From the IMG/VR virus record IMGVR_UViG_3300025849_003344: a stretch of DNA of 64,000 nucleotides; one strand, 5' to 3'. This DNA is from a virus (taxonomy: Duplodnaviria > Caudoviricetes). Position numbers and translations under genes: made by a program. Numbering within the stretch: the first letter of the stretch is position 1; the number at the start of each line of letters is the position of its first letter. Of the stretch, positions 58,240 to 64,000 are shown piece after piece. The notes beneath the pieces were generated by a model that worked only from the letters and a program-made list of their open reading frames with translations, was not told where the DNA came from and ran no database searches.

Positions 58240-58927
58240 TATCTAATCTCCAATAGTTTTTGGTCGCAGCACTATTAAAATCAAATCCCCAATGGTCAAT
58301 ATCTTTCTTGTACCAATCAGCGACAATTTGAATCGTCTTATCATTATATATCTTCTGATAAGTGCCCTCATTTAGTGCTGTTACATTCCTAGCACGAGAC
58401 ATTTGCGGAATTTTAAAATACGCAATTAATTCGGCATTAAGATGTTCGAATCTTAACATATCGCATTTAACATTACCCTTTTCATCTGAGACGTGGTCAA
58501 ACGCCGGATACCAACCACGAATAGCACGATGCCACATGAATGGATGATTCCCCCATTTGTGACGCTCTTCAAGAAATGCTTCAAAGCTAGAAACATCTGC
58601 ATAGGTTGGGTCAGCCTTTTTTTCTACTTGGATTACTTTTTTTGCGAAAAAATATCGAGATACCACACGACTCCAAGGGTTCCTAATAATGCCGAAAGCT
58701 CCAAATTGTTTAGTGTAATCTGGGTTAAGATCTCTCCAACGGGCATGCTCAATTCCATGATGATCTCCTGTCATTGCCATAGTATCTAGTAGCTCTTGAG
58801 TATATTCACGACTCTTGTGTGTATTTTGATTATTGACTAAAATCTTATCTCTTAAGAATGGGCTATGACGAATGGTCATGCCAGCATTTTTAGGGATATG
58901 AACAAAAATCTTTTTATTATCCAACAT
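58232..58927 (-). CDS. Sulfotransferase family 2 (carbohydrate sulfotransferase-like)
   Basis: FVHIPKNAGMTI (5'-PSB), IIRNPWSRVVSRY (3'-PB), LRFEHL, YKKDIDHWGF. Confidence 0.88.
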   Translation of the reverse strand: MLDNKKIFVHIPKNAGMTIRHSPFLRDKILVNNQNTHKSREYTQELLDTMAMTGDHHGIEHARWRDLNPDYTKQFGAFGIIRNPWSRVVSRYFFAKKVIQVEKKADPTYADVSSFEAFLEERHKWGNHPFMWHRAIRGWYPAFDHVSDEKGNVKCDMLRFEHLNAELIAYFKIPQMSRARNVTALNEGTYQKIYNDKTIQIVADWYKKDIDHWGFDFNSAATKNYWRLDNE

Positions 58928-59714
58928 GTTTCATTAATTCCTCTACATTTTCTCCACGGTTTGGCAACTTGTCTTTCAAAAAGAAGTGTACAAAATTGCA
59001 CTCAGGAACTTTATTCATTTCAATTCCAGTAAACAAACCATTCCAATTGAAAGTTAGGTTTTTTACCATCATCTTTGATTCCTTTACCCAAACATTTAGT
59101 AGCGTCTGATCTGTTGACCATTTCCAATTACCAATTCCATCTATGAAAGCTTTAAATTCAGGACGCATAAGAAATTGCATCGGCGTTTGATTACGAGTAT
59201 GTTGTAGGATACCTTTATTTAGTACCATCATCCCCATGTTGTAAAAGTCAGCCCCAGCTCCACTCTTATGCTTCCAATCAAACAAATGATTAATGTTTGA
59301 CATGCCATATTGCATACGAGAATAGTTTGCAATCTTATGAAGGTACTGTGGAGTGACAGGCATGTCTCGTTCAAGTACTCCGCCAAAATCATATTCCATC
59401 GGCACTTCATCAAAAATATTAGGAGATCCTGGACGAATCCAAATATCTGAGTCAATGATTGCCACAGAGTCATATTCTTTTAGATAAGCAAAAGCATTTT
59501 CTTTTTCAAAAATAGGCAGATATCCGCCATGCTTTTCATAAGATTCTTTACTACGATTTGTAGCAAAAACATCAGGCTTAATGCGCAAAATAGGCTGGCG
59601 CTGAATAACATGGTCTATATTATGTGCTTTACAATATTCTGCTACAGAAGCCGTACACGCATCATATAACTTTGATTTCTTACCGACATATACCTGGTAG
59701 ATCAAACGTTTCAT
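58917..59714 (-). CDS. GT-A fold glycosyltransferase (GT8-like)
   Basis: AIIDSDIWI (DxD), FYNMGMMV, TDQTLLN, FVHFF. Confidence 0.8.
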   Translation of the reverse strand: MKRLIYQVYVGKKSKLYDACTASVAEYCKAHNIDHVIQRQPILRIKPDVFATNRSKESYEKHGGYLPIFEKENAFAYLKEYDSVAIIDSDIWIRPGSPNIFDEVPMEYDFGGVLERDMPVTPQYLHKIANYSRMQYGMSNINHLFDWKHKSGAGADFYNMGMMVLNKGILQHTRNQTPMQFLMRPEFKAFIDGIGNWKWSTDQTLLNVWVKESKMMVKNLTFNWNGLFTGIEMNKVPECNFVHFFLKDKLPNRGENVEELMKHVG

Positions 59715-59717
59715 TAT

Positions 59718-59942
59718 TCACTCCCCTTCAAATTCGCAAATAATATATTTTGCGATATGCATTGCTCTATCATATGATGGTCTAAGTCTATTAGAAGATC
59801 GACTGTTATTAATAAACCATATGAGACTATGTATACCACTGTTCTTATGCTCTTCAGGAATCTTATAGTTTCGTGTAATAGAGTCGAATTCAGTTCTAAG
59901 ATTTAGAATATTAGCTAGGCTGATAGGGTGTGATAAGTTCAT
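59718..59942 (-). CDS. Hypothetical protein (about 74 aa)
   Basis: Start moved to MNLSHP; fills the gap. Confidence 0.45.
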   Translation of the reverse strand: MNLSHPISLANILNLRTEFDSITRNYKIPEEHKNSGIHSLIWFINNSRSSNRLRPSYDRAMHIAKYIICEFEGE

Positions 59943-60531
59943 AGAGTGACTTCCAATCTGTGCAAACCTGGATACTATTTGGATTATGTTTTTCTTCCCG
60001 CATGTGCATATTATGTCCATGTTCTATAAGATATGATTCAAGACCTAGTTTAGAACCAAGCTCAGCATTCTCAACCTTGTCTTCAACCCAAATTAATCCA
60101 CTATCTCTATATGGTTCTAGCACTTCATCCTTATCGGCCCCAGTATCACAAAAAATAAATTTAGTGAATGTTGTTTCGCCAAATAGCTTTTTAGTATTAG
60201 CAATGCGTAAATCCTGAGCATGAGTGTCTAAGGACAAGGAAGTAATCATATGAAATGTAAAACCATGCAGCCTATGAAGGAGATCTACGTAATACATTGC
60301 ATCACGAAGAGGTGGAAGAAATCCAATTGCGGCTGATTCGTTGAAGATCTTAACTACACTCTTTTTTTCAGTATTATTTAAACCATATCGTTCACCCATA
60401 TCATAGGCATATTTGTTCTCAGGTTTAATAGTATAACCTCTGTGCGACATCCAAGTATTGAACGCAAATTCCCAATTCATTAGTACGCCATCACAATCTG
60501 TGAGTATTACTTTATCCATATTGTTAATCAT
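59911..60531 (-). CDS. HAD-family 5'-nucleotidase
   Basis: ILTDCDGVL (DxD), ITS, WVEDK..NA. Confidence 0.85.
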   Translation of the reverse strand: MINNMDKVILTDCDGVLMNWEFAFNTWMSHRGYTIKPENKYAYDMGERYGLNNTEKKSVVKIFNESAAIGFLPPLRDAMYYVDLLHRLHGFTFHMITSLSLDTHAQDLRIANTKKLFGETTFTKFIFCDTGADKDEVLEPYRDSGLIWVEDKVENAELGSKLGLESYLIEHGHNMHMREEKHNPNSIQVCTDWKSLYELITPYQPS

Positions 60532-61211
60532 CCGAACAACACCTCTTTCTTTTGGCTATTATATAGTTCAATAGTTTCATGCAATTTTTGTGTCCAATTG
60601 TCTCTATGCTCTTTAAAGACAATAGGTTTGCCACCATCTACGTCCATAAGAATAGCAAGATTAGGAATAGCCATTCCGGTTTGCTCTTCCCACATGATAG
60701 CATATGCCGCGGCTTGTTGAAAATATCCACCAATCATAGATTTTTTCTTAGGCCATTTAGAAGTCTTAAAGTCTACGATAGTAGGAACACCTTCAAATAT
60801 ACAAACACAATCACATGTGCCTGCCATTTTGAGATGATCACTAAAAAGCGCAACCTCTAGCTCATAGATTTTTTCTATGCCATCATTTAAAATTGGTTTT
60901 AGATTTACTAGACTTTGCATAATATGTGGCGAGATGCCCTTAGCATAGTCTGGATTATTTGAAAGATATTGCTCTATCAAATCGTGAACTGCGGTTCCAC
61001 GCTTGGCGGCTTTACTGCCGATCTTATTGGCCTCTTCTTCGCCTACTCTTGCTTTCCATTTAGCAATACTTGCAGCGCTTAGAATGCCAGTAACTGTTGT
61101 TACTGAAGGATAGGCCACTCCATCGGGTGTAACGTATCGTCTGCCATTGTCTGTAGTTTCTCGATTAAGAGTATCATAACCCTTTGAGATCTTTTCATGT
61201 ATAAACTGCAT
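60528..61211 (-). CDS. PD-(D/E)xK (RecB-like) exonuclease
   Basis: YPSVTTVTG, RGTAVH, AGTCDCV...IVDFKTS, QQAAAYA. Confidence 0.88.
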   Translation of the reverse strand: MQFIHEKISKGYDTLNRETTDNGRRYVTPDGVAYPSVTTVTGILSAASIAKWKARVGEEEANKIGSKAAKRGTAVHDLIEQYLSNNPDYAKGISPHIMQSLVNLKPILNDGIEKIYELEVALFSDHLKMAGTCDCVCIFEGVPTIVDFKTSKWPKKKSMIGGYFQQAAAYAIMWEEQTGMAIPNLAILMDVDGGKPIVFKEHRDNWTQKLHETIELYNSQKKEVLFG

Positions 61212-61265
61212 GTGATTCCTAACATAATATTTTACTATTATACCATATCACATGCAGCTTGTACA
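61203..61265 (-). promoter_or_regulatory. Early promoter TGTACA-N17-TATAAT plus an RNA hairpin able to cover the exonuclease start codon
   Basis: -35 at 61260-61265, -10 at 61237-61242; inverted repeat CTGCATGTGAT (61206-61216 and 61247-61257). Confidence 0.75.
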
Positions 61266-61268
61266 CAC

Positions 61269-62135
61269 TTAACCTAGAAGTTTTTCTAACGTATTTGGTC
61301 CAGCAATACCATCAGGAGTTAAACCTTTTGACGCTTGCCATTTTTTAAGCGCTCGCTCAGTTCCTGGTCCAAACGAACCGTCAGCTCCGATGCCTAATGC
61401 TTCTTGCATCATTTTTACACCAGCACCACGTGAACCTTTACGCAATACACCAATGTCATCAACATCAGGTGCATCATCATTATCATTTAATGAGTCAAGC
61501 ACGACAGGAGCACCAAGGACAGCCATCGCTTTTACATAACGAGCTTGGCGATCAGCCAAACCAATATTACCACCATTGATTTTTTTGGTCATACGTACTA
61601 CATCATCAGTGTCTGCAATATCATTTAGATTGTTTGCATCCCAAAACCAACAAGCACTTTCGACAGCGCCTTTTGGCGTAGCAACATACCGTGAAGCTTT
61701 TTCAGCATCCATACCGACTGACTTACCAAATCGCGTATAGTTCTCACGACCAGTAAGTTGTTTCAATCCACGACCTCGGAACATCCATCCATCTCCTGGA
61801 TTTACGTTACCCATTTTATATTTACGAAACTCATCCTGATATACGTAGTTTGCAATCTTTTCTGGTTTGCGTGCATATTCGGCAGCATTACGTTTAGTTC
61901 CGCCTGTACCAAAATACCGGCCGAATACAGCGTTCAAAGCTTTTTCACTATAGTTTAGATTTTCAGATAAACTACGGAAGTTGTTTGATTCGTGTGCACA
62001 CTGAGAAATGAAATGTGCGATCCTTCGTTTAGAAGTAATACCATACTTTGGCATAATGGCAGCCAAGGCTTCATGCCACGCTTTCACATCTTTGTTACCT
62101 GGGATTAGTTTTGCTAGTTCTGCTTCGTTTAGCAT
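61269..62135 (-). CDS. GH19-family endolysin with C-terminal peptidoglycan-binding domain
   Basis: FISQCAHES, ENLNYS, FRGRGLKQLTGRENY, SACWFW, INGG.IGL.DR; LRKGSRG...DGIAGPNT. Confidence 0.92.
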   Translation of the reverse strand: MLNEAELAKLIPGNKDVKAWHEALAAIMPKYGITSKRRIAHFISQCAHESNNFRSLSENLNYSEKALNAVFGRYFGTGGTKRNAAEYARKPEKIANYVYQDEFRKYKMGNVNPGDGWMFRGRGLKQLTGRENYTRFGKSVGMDAEKASRYVATPKGAVESACWFWDANNLNDIADTDDVVRMTKKINGGNIGLADRQARYVKAMAVLGAPVVLDSLNDNDDAPDVDDIGVLRKGSRGAGVKMMQEALGIGADGSFGPGTERALKKWQASKGLTPDGIAGPNTLEKLLG

Positions 62136-62144
62136 AGTGATTCC

Positions 62145-62846
62145 TTATAGGTTTAACATTTCTTTTGTCATAATATAATCTCTAACAAAATCAGATCGGA
62201 CAATATCTTCCCACCCAAAATTGATAATATCAAAATTCTTAAGTTGTTCTACAATCGATACAAATTTGTATATTCCTGATCTGTCATCGCTGTATTTAAA
62301 ATCAGTTTGAACCGAATCTCCTGAAAAGATTATTCTTGAGTTTTTGCCGACACGGGTTATTACGGAATCAAGTTCGTGGAAGTTAAGATTCTGCATTTCA
62401 TCAACAAGGATAACAGCATTATCTATAGTCACGCCACGAATAAATGATGTTGATTGAAATTCTATTCGTTTAGTATTTATCGCTTTACTCCAAGATCCCT
62501 TATCACCAAACAATTCATCACAAATTGCTTTGTATGGCGCAGTGTAAACATCTTCTTTTTCTTCTTTAGTGCCAGGAATGAATCCCATGTCACGCGTGGG
62601 AACCATAGATCTAATTACGATTAACCTATCCTGTAATGTTTCAGCATCAAGAATACATTCAAGTCCGAGATACATTCCCATAAAAGTTTTACCTGTTCCG
62701 GCAGATCCAGTAAGTATTAGATTATCACCTTCATCCCAACTTTCATAAGCTCTTGCTTGATTGTTAGTAAGAGGTTCATATTCCAATAGATCATCGATTC
62801 TAACCTGCATAGTTCGGTGCGGCTTTGCCATTTTACGAGTCTTCAT
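62145..62846 (-). CDS. phoH: PhoH-family ATPase
   Basis: GSAGTGKT, FIRGVT, VDEMQN, SGDSVQTD, DIVRS. Confidence 0.95.
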   Translation of the reverse strand: MKTRKMAKPHRTMQVRIDDLLEYEPLTNNQARAYESWDEGDNLILTGSAGTGKTFMGMYLGLECILDAETLQDRLIVIRSMVPTRDMGFIPGTKEEKEDVYTAPYKAICDELFGDKGSWSKAINTKRIEFQSTSFIRGVTIDNAVILVDEMQNLNFHELDSVITRVGKNSRIIFSGDSVQTDFKYSDDRSGIYKFVSIVEQLKNFDIINFGWEDIVRSDFVRDYIMTKEMLNL

Positions 62847-63079
62847 AATTTAATTGTGTTTCCTCTTCCCGAGCCCTTTTTGATTTCACCTAGATGATCT
62901 TTCCAAGCATTATCGGTTTTGTTAATCATATTTCCTGTACTAGTAACAAAATTTGGCGTGGAGAGACATTGCTCTAACTTATATTCTTCGCACATTTCTT
63001 GTAATTCTTTATAAGAACATCGTACTTCCCAAGAATTACTATCTTCTATGTCACTGCGCTTTACTCGATAAATCGGCAT
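62843..63079 (-). CDS. Hypothetical protein (78 aa)
   Basis: MPIY...; W..HL.EIKKGSG pattern; coupled to phoH. Confidence 0.6.
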   Translation of the reverse strand: MPIYRVKRSDIEDSNSWEVRCSYKELQEMCEEYKLEQCLSTPNFVTSTGNMINKTDNAWKDHLGEIKKGSGRGNTIKL

Positions 63080-63089
63080 TATGAATTCC

Positions 63090-63350
63090 TCACTTTTTTC
63101 TGCGTGATGCTATAGACTCAGCAGTTTTTTTCCACTTTGACCAAGCTTCATCAACATTGTATCTATACATCACATTCCATTGCTTAGACATATTAGACCA
63201 AAGTTGGATGTGTTTTATTTCGGCCTTATTAGAAAGGCAAACGAGTCTAAGCATAGTGTCACCTATGTTGACATTTTCAAGAATGTCGTAGTCTCGTTGA
63301 AAGAACCCAGCGTCCTCGGCGGTGCGTTTTTCTTTTTTACCTTTGACCAT
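63090..63350 (-). CDS. Hypothetical protein (86 aa)
   Basis: ORF in the early operon. Confidence 0.55.
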   Translation of the reverse strand: MVKGKKEKRTAEDAGFFQRDYDILENVNIGDTMLRLVCLSNKAEIKHIQLWSNMSKQWNVMYRYNVDEAWSKWKKTAESIASRRKK

Positions 63351-63645
63351 ATTTATCCCTTAATGATTCTAATCCACCTTGCACTCTAGATGGATAATCT
63401 CCAATAAAAGTGCCAGCAGTGAGTGTATCTATCGATAGGTAATCTTTATGAAAGTGGTGAATATTCATCCAATCGTCAAGCATAACTTTAGACATATTAT
63501 CAAAAAACGCATCAGACAATATTGGATTATCTTCGACATAATAAGCATATGATGCCATAAGATACCATGGCACCATCATACTAATGTTTTTGTCAAACAA
63601 AGATTGAGCTTGAGTATCAAGCATAAGCATTGATGAAGTTTTCAC
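63337..63645 (-). CDS. Stand-alone protein resembling NAD-dependent DNA ligase domain Ia
   Basis: YAYYVEDNPILSDAFFD resembles YY..D.P.ISDAEYD; no KxDG motif. Confidence 0.55.
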   Translation of the reverse strand: MKTSSMLMLDTQAQSLFDKNISMMVPWYLMASYAYYVEDNPILSDAFFDNMSKVMLDDWMNIHHFHKDYLSIDTLTAGTFIGDYPSRVQGGLESLRDKYGQR

Positions 63646-63874
63646 CAGCTAATGTGACGTATGCATAACCGTCTGATGGGCTAATGTGACGAGAAATAAA
63701 ACCAGCATCAATAAGCTGCTCCATTTTAGCACAATATGTTGCATATGATTTAGAGAAACCAGAAAGATCTGTACCAAAGTTGCTAACGTGAATCGGCTTA
63801 CGTACGCCATGTTTTGCTTCAGAAGCAACTGCGTTTTCAAGGATTTCACGCTGGATTTTTACGAGCTTTTTCAT
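63617..63874 (-). CDS. Hypothetical early protein, possible winged helix
   Basis: QLIDAGFI...AYVTLAGE pattern; first gene after an early promoter. Confidence 0.55.
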   Translation of the reverse strand: MKKLVKIQREILENAVASEAKHGVRKPIHVSNFGTDLSGFSKSYATYCAKMEQLIDAGFISRHISPSDGYAYVTLAGENFINAYA

Positions 63875-63909
63875 TTTGATCTCTTTCTTGTTATCTTGTT
63901 TCTATAACC

Positions 63910-63968
63910 AGAATAATACATTTGAGAAGTCTTGTACACACTTATTTTCACTTATTTTCACTTTTTTT
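63910..63968 (-). promoter_or_regulatory. Early promoter TGTACA-N17-TATTCT with a tandem AAAATAAGTG UP element
   Basis: -35 at 63933-63938, -10 at 63910-63915; CACTTATTTT x2. Confidence 0.75.
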
Positions 63969-64000
63969 GCATTTAAGCGGCAATAATATTAAACCATTGT

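Noticed and set aside
60528-61211. Cas4-like nuclease suggesting CRISPR
   Set aside because: No four-Cys Fe-S motif and no cas genes or arrays; an ordinary phage RecB-like exonuclease
1-64000. Introns, inteins, homing endonucleases, integrase or transposases
   Set aside because: No such motifs recognised, and core genes appear uninterrupted

Overview
A 64-kb segment of a large T4-like myovirus (Tevenvirinae-like gene set). It is AT-rich and resembles marine T4-like phages; the host cannot be determined from the sequence. 1-32.4 kb (minus strand) is a tail and baseplate module: tail fibre-like proteins, a VrlC-like protein, gp8, gp9/10, gp7, gp6, gp25, a gp5 split over several genes, gp27-like, gp53 and gp48. 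A glycosyltransferase/methyltransferase/YbaN island is inserted at 8.4-12 kb. 32.4-37.1 kb (plus) holds gp4, gp2, gp54-like, gp26, gp51 and the tape measure gene. 37.1-47 kb (minus) holds gp32, gp33, small early genes and an array of radical SAM/SPASM genes with a sulfotransferase. 47-52 kb is a late plus-strand cassette of secreted and membrane proteins plus a Fis-like HTH gene. 52-64 kb (minus) holds two tRNAs, a second glycan-modification cluster (two GT25, other GT-A folds, methyltransferase, sulfotransferase), a HAD nucleotidase, an exonuclease, a GH19 endolysin and PhoH. Many T4-type late promoters (TATAAATA) and a family of sigma70-like early promoters are visible. Best leads: (1) a radical SAM + glycosyltransferase + sulfotransferase system together with Asp-Ser-enriched fibre proteins, possibly a virion glycan-decoration pathway; (2) a probable programmed -1 frameshift joining gp26 and gp51; (3) a genetically split gp5 with three cell-wall hydrolase folds; (4) embedded antisense early promoters and a hairpin that can occlude a start codon. 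All product calls come from motifs read by eye; no database search was run.
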